A DNA stretch of 63,227 nt, counting the filler, from Catajapyx aquilonaris (Eukaryota): the NCBI GenBank assembly GCA_000934665.2. It is 2 parts of 2 records of this genome, joined end to end, with 100 filler letters (N's around TTAATTAATTAA, not from the genome) between each part and the next. Parts side by side here need not be neighbours in the genome. Positions count along the whole stretch, not along the records: positions 31,675 to 63,227 come from KZ539162.1; 1 more part is not named here. One strand, given 5' to 3'. Position numbers and translations under genes: made by a program. Positions 50,321-63,227 of this stretch are shown in pieces; the stretch's first letter is position 1, and every line of letters begins with the position of its first letter. Below the pieces are notes generated by a model, which saw only the letters and a list, made by a program, of their open reading frames with translations, did no database searches and was not told where the DNA came from.

Positions 50321-53300
50321 CTTGAAGCGCAGAAGATGGACGACTTCATTGAAGATGATCAGGTAAAGGAATATTATTCTCCTAAGAAGTATAAACGACG
50401 AGAATCGAAATAGGGTTTTCCAAGGCAGGAAATGGAGCAGACATCATTGCATACAAACCGCATGAAATGTTCTATTCGGAGCATTTTCACATAATCCTTT
50501 TGGCGAAACTGTAATGTTGGGCATTATTACAGTAGAAGAAATGTCGGCGTAAGTTTGGTCAAATATGACAAATCGCCAGCACCTTGAGCCCAAAAATATG
50601 TTTGAACAGAAAATGCCCCCCCCCCAGAGGAATTAAAATTAGTTCAAATTTTAGAAAGCAGCTGGGGCGAGCCGATCAATTTTGTCTTCTCATTTTGCCC
50701 TGCTTGTTGCTGAAGAAACCGGAGAAGAGCAAGAGCACTCGGCAAATTCTCTGCGCAATAATTGTAATGGAAACGCCTGCAGGGATAAAAGCAGCAGTGG
50801 GAGCCAATTTTCCGCTACCGAAACACATTTCAAAGTCCGCTGAAGAATTATCAAAGAGCCACAGTGGCGTAAACAACAGATCTTATTAAATTGCTCCAGG
50901 TTTTGCACATAAAAAAAACAAACTCTCGATCCATTTCCATGTGTCACCAATATTTTGTTGAACCTTTGCCTTGTCTCCCTGCCAGACGATGCATGCTTTT
51001 TACGATTACGCAACAGAGTGATTTGACTATGAAAAGTGTATTGTCACCAGCAGATCCTGGGTGAGGAAGAGAGCTCTCAACAGCTATGGATCCGAATCAC
51101 TTCAGAGGACGGTCACTTGGTCCAAAGCGCACAAAGTTATCTGACAGCACCTCCATTGTGCGCCGCTCTGAGTGGACCACCAAGCCCGGTCTATGGTGAG
51201 TTACATTGCAAAATTTTGCTTTATTTTGGAGCCACAAGGCAAATACTCAACATTTGCTGAGGCCAAGGGCGGGCCTTGCTTTCAGTGGTTTTCATTACAT
51301 AATGCGCTTCTGATTAACGCCGAGCTTTATAAGTTCTTCGCGGTTTTATACCAGATCGAGCCTCCAATTTCAAGGAGTTAATTATATTCTAGCATTTTGA
51401 TCTGGCTTGCGTTATATAGGCTTGTTTGGTGGTAACTGCAATATATTGATTTTTTAATTATAAAAAACGCATTATGAGCGCCTGCATCATGTAATGGTAA
51501 TTTTAGAGAGGTGCCGGATGCCAGTAATGGTGGGGCCAAAAATTGAATTTGAAAGTTTCAGCTTGTGTACTATGGCCACTGAACGAGGCCGTAATTATGT
51601 CACCTTGATGTTACTGTGTATAGTTTAGTAATTTGTCAGTGTTTGCTACTTACCGATTCGAATATGGCGGGGTTTTTCCTAAGGGAATGCAAATAGGTTG
51701 AAATATGTACGCAAATGAATTACCTCTTTTTTTGGAAATTTATAATTATATTCAGTAGATGACACATGATCTGAAGGATTTTAATCAGCAATGCTGACCA
51801 TCCTTTACAAGGTCTGGTTTTGTAATCACATACTACGCGTTATTCCAGGTCAACGTATGTAATTAAAATATTATTAACGATGAAGTTTTGCATGGATGAC
51901 TTACGGAAGTATAATTATTAAAGCTAGCCTAACGTGGCTGTATGATGAGGATGCATCATGTTGGATCATGGACAGTCCTGAAAGCTATATAACATTAACA
52001 TTTGAAAGGAAGTTTAACAAAGCGTTACATCATTCACCTTCTGATTTATAAATTCAAGTGGTTGACGCACAAGTGCATGTTAGTCTACATAATTGGGGTC
52101 ATGACCGTTGCTCTTTAAATTTGTGGCATGCTCTGTTCGACAAGCTTGTTGCCATTTCTCATGATAATTGAGAAATGAATAAACGAAACATTTTTTCGGT
52201 GATTAAATGGACCATGCACTACATTCATATTACGTGTGTGTAATCAGGTGTATAGAACTCAGAGTTTGCTGAAACCTATGTAGGGCAATGAAGCAACATC
52301 AAGTGATTCTGAATTATAGTAAGTTAACGCCGTATATTGAATGCAGTAGTGTTTGCTAGCTCCTTCGAGTCAATGTTAGTTCAAGGATGTTTTAATGCGC
52401 ATGAGAAGATAAGCTGCAGAAATCGACTAGGAGCGATTGGAAAACGGAAAACCTTCTCCATGATAATTATAAATCCGGACTCCATATCCGAAAAAATTGG
52501 GATATCTGTTCCGCCCACACTGCTCACAATATAGGACATTCATTCTGCAATAATTGGAAAGATTCGGACAGGCAAATACCATCAGATAGCAACACTTTGT
52601 ATCAGTAATTGCTTTGCGTGCTGGCAAGGCTCTCTAATGTTTTACAGCCTGATTTTTAAAATATTACTCGATGGCACGAGAAAATCGTAACGATAAATTG
52701 GCCAGGTAAGGACACGGTTAAAAATTTACGTACTTTGCGATTATTGCATAATTATTTATCTGCCGATTTTGATTTTATAAATAGAAAACGTGTTCCGTAT
52801 ATTATGCGATTATTTTGAACCAAGTGAAGTGGTATCAAGAGAAGAATTTGAAATCTGATAAATTCGTACACTTTTTGACTAACTTTAGAAAGCATTTTAA
52901 TGTCATTTCATACAATATTATTGCAAAAAATTGCTTTCAGAATGTTAAAAACCATACTTGCATATAGGAAATGGGATTATGTTGTCTAACTTGGGTTTTT
53001 GTCGTTTAAAATATTATTGGCTTAGCTTACACTGTATACTAATGATCCGTAGAACTACAGCGACAGTTATAACACTTCATTACAATTTATATTGGATCAA
53101 TATGCATCGTTTCTCGATGCATACATTATTGGAGAAGATCCGGAGTTTTGAAAGTTTTGTACATTTTTTTTCAAGTATACCTGCAGTTGCTAACGATTGT
53201 CAGCCAAAACGCCAGCCTTCACTTTGATCTATATGGGAACATGATGAAGGCCACACTCATCAGTATGGCATAATTGGATAGAGGGGCCGTAATTACAAAC

Positions 53301-56300
53301 TTCTGTACAACATTGTCAATGTATTACATTATGCCTCTCGACGTAAAAGTCAAATGTTATTCATAGCTGTATAGATACTGTACAATTAAAAAGAGGATTT
53401 TCTTCCAGGCAAAAGAGGAGGTCGAGAGGGAATATTATTTTTTTGTCATAAATGGAATTCTGAGACTTTTTTTTGCAGATTACTGTTTAATGTGAAGTGG
53501 GACACTTAGGATTTAAATAAATTTAATTTTCCATAAAATATTACTGAATGATGTACGATGGGGAGAGTAAAGGAAAACTTTCGACTGTAAAACAGCGAAA
53601 TGTAACTCTTAGCTGGGAGAAGATAACATATTACGTGACACTCTCGCAGCAGATTTACTTCAATATAAACTCGAAAACTTGCTGTGCTTTTTGCGTGGGC
53701 AATTTAAAAGCCCGAGGGAAAGAACTAACGAGGCTGTGGGAACATGCTTTAGGGTAGCGAAGAATATAGGGTTCATGGAGTTAATGATAAGGCCTTTTGA
53801 GGGAAATTAAATGTTAAAAGGTTTCCTCGGTAACTCAAACTTAGTCGGATGAAGGCACAGCCTCAAACCCATATAAATATATCTCAATATTTTCTATGGA
53901 CATTTTTGATGTAAATACAGCCGTGAATTAAAGTAGTCAGGAATTATTTCTAAGTAGTTGTTTTGCGAGTTATTAAGATTTTTATAACTTTTTTTGTCTT
54001 GTAGTATCATTATAAATTATAGGGGCACATATAAGTTGTGTTTGGTGCAGATATCACTGTACTAAACGGTGATAAAATAAATCAGTGACATACCACATCG
54101 TTACTTTTCCAACCTTTTTTATCCCACGTGTTCCAGATCCCACTGCACTGTATGTGTTGGTGTTTGATAATCACCCTCGCTTTGATTTTATTATGCCAGC
54201 ATCAATATAATTATATGTGAACATGGTAGCGATATTGTCATACGCTGTAACTAACAAGCAATATACATTATAATAAGGGAGGTCTAATAAGTACACAACT
54301 GCATTGCAGTACATCATGCTACAAAAGCGATGATGTCGTCATTGAGAAAACGTTCTCCTTGCTTCTCGTTAAGAGACGTTGTTCATGGGCACATTGTCTT
54401 ACACTTATGGAAGTCAAATAATAATCAATGGTTGTGTAATTAACTCCAGCGTACTCCAGCATTTATAAGCTGTCCCTGCCCCTCTCGACCTGCCCTGAGC
54501 CAGGCTACGCCAGGCCCTGAGCAAAACGAATGACACAATCCTACCATCTAGCTTCTTGGTCTATTTAAGAATAATCAACACCAGGATCTACATTTACAAC
54601 CGGATATAAGCCTGGTTCAGGAATGGAAATACACCGAAATCCAAGATCTACTTCTCTCTCTTTTTTTTTTGAAATATATACCTATCCTCCTATCGTCAAT
54701 CACTTTTCATTTCTCAGCCTTCCTTTTAGCCATGCAAACAAAATTGTTGCTAGGTGGTAATATTTTGCTGTGTAAGAAAAGTGGGCGTGAAGTTTCCTCC
54801 ACAGTTATTGACAGATACTTGATGGGGACCAGATGCTATATGCAATATATGGTGTCACTGTGAATGAAATACCCCCTTTTTGCCTCTGCGTATGCAAGAT
54901 TTCATTTAATGAATTCTCATTTATGATAAAAAATGAAGTTAGCGAAATGTTACCCCGCTGCTCTGGGGTGAACGGATTGTACTTATTACAGTTGAATCCA
55001 GATATAACAGACTTTTGGTTATAAACTGACATATAACAGACTCATTTTCACCTCACCTCTTGTATAACACACCATTTCTTGGCCCTCGGTGGGAAAATAC
55101 AGTTTTCCAGGTATAAAATTTGCACAAAGGAGACGGCAGAAATTTTTTTCGGGTATTTTGGTCCTTCATAATTTTCGGGTGAGCTAATATTGCATTTTCG
55201 ACAAATTTCATTAATCGGTATGTATAGTCTAGTAGTGCATCTTGCAGCCATATTGAAAGCAGAAATCTCTTCTTTCATTGCGTGACGATTTGGCTATAAT
55301 AGACCTCGGTTATAACATACTTTTCCCGCTAACTGCACTCACAAACCCTGTAATTATCGACAAATAATACAGGAGTACTTACTGCCACAGTGCTGAATTA
55401 TCCCATGAAACTATGCGCGATCCAGTTGCATTAATATACAAAATCAATTAACCTTGTGCAATAAAATTCTTCATTTTTCATTAAAGTAATTTTTAAAAAA
55501 ACGAGAGTGATGTCAGCATGGACTTTCTCCATTCTGGAATCACTCCTCTATAGCTCCTACGTCGCATACCCTGCATTGATATTAACTTTATGTGAACGTA
55601 GAATTATTTTAAGAAATAATACTGTATATATTTGTTTCCCGGAAATGTATTGTAAAATACCGCAAAAAATTATAAATAGAGAGAAATGCTCCTACTGCAA
55701 TAGGCCCCTGCTGGGAATTTTAAAAGCGAAAATATGGCGACTATATACCTTCAAAAAAGATACATTTTTAAGCAACAGTCTGGTAATACAGTATTTGAAA
55801 AATAAAATTTGCAGTTTTTGTGAAGTATATTCCACCCTTAGATGTATTTAAATATCGTCCAAATGTAGGCGCACAATAGCATTTACACGATGGAAGTGAG
55901 AGGACCCGGGCTTTGTGATACAGACTCTCAGTTGGGAGATCCAGATGAAGGCTGTTGTATTATACGTACTATACAGTACCAGTACGGTCAATTGATTCTT
56001 ATTGTGTCAAGTGAAATTTTAGCGCCAAGGTACCGTAAATTTTGCCCTAAGGTTGCCACAATGAAAGGAGATGGACCCTCATGTAATTTTATCGAATACG
56101 ATTGGAAATTAAGCTGACTATAATGATAGAACACTGTGTGGCAGGAGCTACCTGATTGCAATTATGTTAAACTGTGACAGTGGTGGAGAAGTGTGGCGAA
56201 TAATGAACCTGCAGTATTGTGCAAGTTTCTATTAGTTTAATCTGAAACCGATAGCTACATTCATTATCACATGCGCTTTGGAAATGTGAAAATAAATGCT

Positions 56301-56527
56301 TTCTACGTAGTTTTCAAACATGTTAATGTCACCAAATTTTTAGACATTCTGCGTAGGTAGCTCAATTAGATTTTTTTGTGGCTGTTCACTTGTTGTGGTT
56401 GGAATTTCATATCAGTACAGCGTTCCATGTTGCAATATTGTGATTTATTTATGGAGATTTTTATAACTTAATCATAAGCTACTCCACAACAGACCCAAAT
56501 ACAGCCCAAATATGAATTAGTTGATCG

Positions 56528-56585
<58 letters not shown>

Positions 56586-59500
56586 CAGGAGGTGAGGTAA
56601 AGTGCGTGTAATTTCCATTGCATTCAGCCTTTCGTATTCTGCTTACATTAAAAAAATTATGATCGCTGTGAAGGTGTGGGAGAAAGACAGGTGTTTTAAT
56701 GCACAAGCGTGTCTTCCTTTGATCATGAATGTAAAGTGAGGTCTGATAACACTAGCAACTGTCAGAGTGTAGGCCGCAGAAAAAAACGTGCAAATAATAT
56801 GATATAACTTAATTTTTAAATATTTATTTACAAAATCCTGCTGACAATACGACCTGATGCAGGTTTCTTATTCAGTGTTGTCATAAACGCTTTTTTTTTT
56901 GGGGGGGGGGGGNNNNNNNNNNNNNNNNNNNNGGGGGGGGGGGGTATTAATTGAGGTTCTTCAACCCCCAGTTATTACTCCCGCAACGTCTGTTTTGGTA
57001 AAATGGCTACATAAGTTACTTCTTCATCAATAAATTGTTGGAAGTTTGAACTTGCGGCTGTCCGGAGAATACTTGAGGAAAGTTTAAAACCACCAACGAT
57101 GAAACGTTTAATAACCTGAAGATATGATCAATTCTCTCTGCACGTCAATCACGATATTATTTTTTATTAGTGGATGCAACATTGTTATTTAAATAAGTGA
57201 ATTTTAATATTGCTTTAGTGATCTGTTGATGTTGGTCTAGTAAGTGGTAAAGTAATTATCGAGCCTTTCACTTGTTCTGCGCAGCATTTTCCAGCACAAC
57301 AACAACAGCTATGAATCATACAACAATAAGCTTCCTCTAATTCCCCCCGATTTCGCCCTTCGCTTTTTTGTGACTGGTGTCCCTGAAACCTTTGTTTCAA
57401 TACCCTGGAGAGAAGGCCACCAAACGAAAACATGTGGAAACAAAAATCCTGGCAGGAAATAGGAGCCTGTCGCTAATCGAGCTTCATCCTGAAATCCGGG
57501 TGATGAGGAATATAGACGAGGACATCACAAGGGACAGTAGGACATCCTCTCTCTCTTCTCTCTTCTCTCTACAAAGGTGGCCATGTCAACCACAGCTATC
57601 CGAGTTGCCATGGGGATACGTGGGGGCTGAACATATACTGTATGTGGGTGATAGGTAGAGTCAGAGCAGCGAGAAAGAAGCAGACAAGAGTGTATAGTAC
57701 AGCCCACAGCTACTATAGCTCTGTGTTCTGTGTCATATATGATGTGGTTGGGGGATGTGAGAGTGTTCTGAAATCCTATTCACATCGTCGCTTTTGCAGG
57801 CAGCCCTAACCCACTTTTCAGCCTCTCAATTGACTTTAGGCACTTTAGGGTCGGCATCGTGCAGAAAGGGCGAGACATTATATAATTCTTTTGAGGTGGT
57901 TGGTTGTACAGGCAGACATACTTTCAAGCAAATATTGTGAGAATAGAGGAGAAAATGGGTTTGAGTCATTTACACCACTTTATAGAATTAGCTCTGCTCT
58001 ATCGCCTGGTAAAACTGTAAAAAAAATATTACAGAAAATATTTTAGAAAGTATGATTTTAAAACTGAAGAAATTTAATAGTCAAAAGTGTAAAACTGCAC
58101 TGAGCCTGAATTATTAGTTAGCTACAATAAAATTATATCGCAACATATCAATAATGTTGAATCATTTTAAACGCTGGGATTGATACATAGAAACCTGCAA
58201 CATTACACGTGTAATGTACCTGTGGAAAATGCAGTGAAACTTTTGGAAGTCTGTTCGGTTCTGGCGCAGGATGTCAGGTTTATCTGCTCATACTGTATAG
58301 GTCGTCCAAAGGAGATCAACTCCGCTTATTTATAGGCGGATTTCACTGTAGTTATTCGCCTGAGGGAAAAGGTACCAGAAAAGATATTCTCAACTGCAAA
58401 CATTCTGTGATAATAACTATATACTGAATTAATTAAAAATATCTGCCAGAATCCAGCCAGAACCGGTGATTTATACTATAATATATCGCTTGAGGATAAC
58501 ACTATGCAACACGATCTTGTCCATGGAAATTCATCGCTATTTCCATGTTCCTTAGGTCACTCGTAACTCATAATGACTATTCATTTTGTCTGAAATTTGT
58601 CTTTGACCTCAGGGAAGTCAAAATCCAAAATCTTCAAATATAGAGATTTTTCCCAGTAAAGTGGCCTAAATGTTCTTAGACCACCTAGGAATTTGCTGAA
58701 ATAAATCATAGCTGTACAAATCTATGCCATAACAATGCATATCAAGTTTAAGCCAAATTCAAAAATACCGTGGGGAGGGAAAATTGGCAAAATTTGGGAA
58801 ATTTGGCCTTTTTGGGATAATTTTTTTCGGTAAGTGAAAGTGGTCAAAACCCAATTAACAAAAACGTCAAATGAAAGCACCAAGGGAATTCGGCTATGGA
58901 ATATGTTTTCCTCTGAAATGTAACAAAAAAAACCGTGTCCGTGCATCAGTCAACAAATGTCCAAGAATTTGGTTCCATGAAAATTAATGGTAATTCGGCG
59001 AAACATATCTAGTATTATTTTCTCGCGAGCCATGCATGAACCTGAATTGAAACTGAATATATTGAATCTTTTATTGGTTTCAACTTCTGTCACCAAATAT
59101 GGCTGCTCTTATGCAAATACGTACATCACAAATTGCTGGGGTCTAAATACTTGTACATGTGTCTGGTTTTACTTCACCTTAAAACCATTTCCTTAGAGAT
59201 TGAAGATGAATGTTCCAAAGCATTCGTAACAATTTTTTATTATGTCGTACTTTCAAACCGGTATTTTGCAAATGAAGAACTCGATCTAGGAAAATCTTGA
59301 GTTGTATACTTTTCTCTCTGAAGTCTTTTAGTACTGTACTACCTGTATATTCTTCCAGGTACAAATATTATTATGTGGCATTGAGAAACTTTCCTGGAAC
59401 TGAGCATGTGCAATATCAAGCGTATATACAGTAAGAAGCAGTTATGCCTTACCAAAAACCAGGTAATATTTCTACGAGTTTGCCTCAAGTTTATTTTTAT

Positions 59501-61544
59501 CCTGTAAGAATGTTGGCCTTTGCATACATTGGAACGCAGGGAGCTACACGATTGAAAATGCTTTTAGAGGCTTTCAATAATATGGGAGAGTCATACGCTT
59601 CTGATCTCCCCTAAAGCCATACGAGAAATAAAAATAATTCGATGCTCTGACCCAGAAAAGCAGACTTCTTGTCATCGATTTTGCAGCTGGAAATAAAAAC
59701 CCAGCAACACAACGGTGAACTCGATCGGAGACAAAGCTAATACCCGCATCCTTGTGAACATTTTTTCCCTCTCTCTCTCTATTGGAAATGTGCAACTCGA
59801 CAAGTTCACCCCGATCGTATATCACTGATACACGAAACACATACAATAATATTGGGAACGTTTGGTTAGACATGCGGTATATACCAGAATAGGGTTTCAT
59901 AATATGCTCATTTGTACAGAACTTATGCAGTGGTTCATGCCAATTAAAACGGTTAATGTGAGAGAATGAATAATTTAGGGAGTCGCTCTATTTTTAAGAG
60001 AAATGCTTTTACTGCATGCGGCTTAAAGGTTGGGTCTACAGTATTCTGAAGCAAGTGTTACACATTAGGGACAAGGCCGTATGTAAGTTCAGCCTGTTTC
60101 TGGTACAGTCGAGGTGAAACATGTGTTTTCTTGCATTAATATAATTACCACTGTTCTACATACTTGAACCATGTAATGCTCTCCCTGAAGCGGATATAAT
60201 ATGGGCTTACGTCCCACTTTTATCCGTGATATTTTGCTACGAGTACGTTTTCCTTTTATCTTTCTTGTACGTATACTGTCGCCTGCCATTCGCGAAATCA
60301 ATTCACTGCCCACGATATTTTATTTTTGGCAGCTTAGTGCTGCTCTTTTTGCACATCCAGGGTAAGTATATTATCACTCGAAGGAAAATGTCAAAGGTTT
60401 TTGGCATTGTCACCTGCCACCGTGGGCGATTTGAATAGAAGCATCAAGGATTACATGTTATGGCATTAATTATTTTTATCCATCTGTGCTTGTCGTGCTA
60501 TGTAGGCCTAGTAATAGACAAAAACCGTGCTGTATATGGACATTTTATACGTGCAAGGAAAAAGAGCCCGTTCTCACGAAATGAGATACTGTATCCCGCG
60601 TGTTTCTGTAGCGAGCACACTTCAACACGTGTAAAAATCTCGCCGACGCCCATTTTAACTAGCTTCCGTCGTTTCACTTTCAAGTGTGGCAGTGAATTAC
60701 ATAATCGGATGTATACTGTACCATTTAATAAGCTTTCTAACTATACATGTACGTAGGTCATATTCTAAAGAATATTAATACACAGAGCTGCACAGAAGGG
60801 ACGTTTTTGTCATCTTGAAAAAGTAAACGCGAAAAGCCACTAGTTAGCATCATTTTATGCGATTTTGACTACGTTTATAAATTACTCCTACATTGCCAGT
60901 AATGACTCAATAAGCGGTACTTTCATCAGTATAGAGTACGTATAGGACACAAAGCAAAAGGCGTATAAATTATCTTCTCTCTTTTAGTGTCACCCAGACT
61001 TGCTCGTTGGTAAAAGAATGCAGCATCGATTTACTCTTAACAATATAGTACCAGTAATGACACGGGTGTAATGATGTGAATTACTGACGCGGATGTAATT
61101 GGTGTAACTAGGCTGAAAGGTTCAGTTACAGCAGCACACATATTGCGCTCTCGAAGGATGTGTTGCAAAAGTGCAATTCAGTTATAGTTCAAACAAGAGA
61201 AGTTAATTAGCACACTTTGATGTTTTAACACCCTCTATACGTCACTATTGATTTTTATGATCTGTTTATTAATTCCTTTGTTAATAGTTCAGCGTTGTAA
61301 ATAATTGCCAGCATAGTAGTATATTGCTAATTATTATTTTTTGGGGGTTGAAAACTAGGCCATGACGACGACCTTGCGATTCTTTATTTAATTAGTAGCT
61401 ACATATTTTAATTTTTATTCCAGAGGATTGCTTCCGAAGACGGCCCATCACTTTACGATTTCTTCCACGCCTTCCTCCTCCAGGAAGAACAGTAAGAAGC
61501 ACTTCAGCACCCGCGACGACCGATTCAGACTGGCCCATTCCAAG
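50321..61544 (+). CDS. Candidate exons of an unidentified large plus-strand gene (partial)
   Basis: Exons with good splice sites at 50321-50362, 51054-51195 and 61424-61544 join in frame: MDDFIEDDQ|ILGEEESSQQLWIRITSEDG...PPSPVY|EDCFRRRP...WPIP. Possible 5'UTR donor at 47015. No family recognised. Confidence 0.3.
54989..55330. mobile_element. pogo/Tigger-like element, uninterrupted relative of 18472-21868
   Basis: TA-CAGTTGAATCCAGATATAACAGAC; shares ctcattttcacctcacctct and gatttggctataa.agacctcggttat.acatacttttt. Confidence 0.7.
56528..56584. repeat. (ATT)10(AAT)9 compound palindromic microsatellite
   Basis: Read directly from the sequence. Confidence 0.95.
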
Positions 61545-63227
61545 GTAAGTGTTGCACTTGAATCTCTGACATGAATTTTTTTGCACAATATCTTCTGAAA
61601 CGATAAAAAGTGGTGCAAAAAAAAAAGAATTTGACTTGGCAGCAGGAGGTGGAATATTGAGATTTTATTTTTGGATACGACTGATCGATCACCTTATCTC
61701 CCTTAGAAGAGATGCGTGTATGGGATGAGGAAATCTGTTTCCCAGAGGGGCCAAAATTAAACCTTCTGCGCCGAATTATAATTGGGCGCCCAGATGCTTA
61801 CCGGATTAAAGGGAATCGCTCGGTTGATGAACCCTGCATTTTTTTTTTCGGAGCAATTGGGATCTAGGAAAGACGCATAAGCTCTCAAAAGACGTCGTGG
61901 AAATATGAGTCTTTAAATATGTCGACTCTTTTAACATTATTTTTAACAATTTGGAAACAGTACAATGCTGTGGCATTTGGTTCGTTTTAATGATTAACAC
62001 GCAGTACTTCTCATGATGAGCATGCAGATTAGTTTCATTTGCCTGGTGACGACTACAGTGCACCAGGAGACTAATTAAAATTCATTGAAACTCATCGCCA
62101 CAAGGTGTGAGTACGTGACTGCATTATACTAAGTGCATTATTTTCAAGAGGGAGTGCTGGCCTGTACGAAAGTCAGACCTGCTTATTGTCTGCTCTGTTG
62201 AAAAGATGACATAATACAATATTTCATATGAACATGTTTGATTAGTATGACGGGGGAATTAATGGTATTCCGCTATTTGTTTTCTGCTTCTGGTTTCAAT
62301 TTTGGCGGCAATATTCCTAACGTGATTAAATCGGCGGGATTACGGTCGAATTACAGGCCTTTGATGTCCACAGAAGTGCGACAGAGTTGTTAATGACGGA
62401 CGTAATTGTGATACCGATTTTTATCTTCCGTATAACCCCCTTCTACGTCATTTCTGGTTTAGACATTTACCGTCCAGTTGTCCTGGTCGTTTGATCCGAG
62501 TTTTTTTTGATTGATTTTGGCATGAAATGTGTGATAATTGCAATGTGCGCGATGAACCGGTCATATTGGTGGCTTATTTCTTAAAATATTTTGTCCATAA
62601 TGATTTTGTCGTCGTCAGCAGTTTCTTTTCCGACACGGCAGAGGTCTCTTGCATTCAGGTAGGAAAGAAGCGGTACCCTCTTGCGATCCTTCTCACAACT
62701 ACTGATCGGGTTGGTAATCGACCATATTTTGCGAGCATTATCTTTACCATTATTTACGATGAAAAGATGTTCCAGTGTTCTGTGGGTAGTAAATATGTAT
62801 AGCGAAATGTAACATGCAATTTTCGATTTAGCTACTTTGCTATTGAAGCTGCATTGAAATCTTGAGACTTGAATGTCAACACCAATGAAACTAATTTGCT
62901 TTGTGTACCGGTTGTTGGACGTAGATCTGTAGACCTTAGGGGGAAAAAATAGTTCAAATAAGAGACCGGTGGTATTGACTATCTGGGTACACAGCTGCAA
63001 TCTTTTCCACTAGATCTGCAACTGAGACCGTAGCTTTCTCACAAAACCTCCATTTATAAGCTTATATTACTTCCCATCCATCCCTTTCCTTTCATCACTA
63101 TACTTCGATTACCTCTCTGTTGCACAGAAGACCACACATCGCATTTTCCTCTGTTGCTAAGCACTGGGAACAGGAGCGTTATAAATCGGACAATTTGGTT
63201 TGAAATGGGTTTTTTAAATGCCGGATT

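Noticed and set aside
62527..63000. ORFs of 139 aa and 91 aa near the right end, and 48917-49332
   Set aside because: No recognisable motifs, overlapping opposite-strand ORFs, and no convincing splice structure.

Overview
Eukaryotic, AT-rich, intron-containing DNA, most likely from an arthropod (insect-type gustatory receptor, insect-type SINEs, TTAGG repeats). There is no prokaryotic signal, CRISPR array or rRNA. The window has two halves separated by an assembly gap at 31575-31674. The left half (1-33 kb) is a graveyard of mobile elements and pseudogenes: a degraded P-element/THAP9 transposase, LINE remnants, Helitrons, five tRNA-SINE insertions with TSDs, many MITEs, a five-level nested transposon stack, intron-bearing WRAP73 and SUMO pseudogenes, and a multi-kb inverted duplication with a perfect 85-bp hairpin at its inner breakpoint. 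The right half holds two intact minus-strand genes that I assembled by hand from splice sites. One is a 10-exon, 306-aa astacin-fold protein that has lost two of its three Zn-binding histidines, its catalytic Glu and its Met-turn residues, and ends in a furin site plus a GPI/TM-like tail; an upstream exon may give it an alternative signal/pro-domain. The other is a 3-exon, about 432-aa gustatory receptor. From about 46 kb onward the sequence is mostly non-coding, with a few candidate plus-strand exons. All family assignments come from motif recognition by eye; no database search was run.
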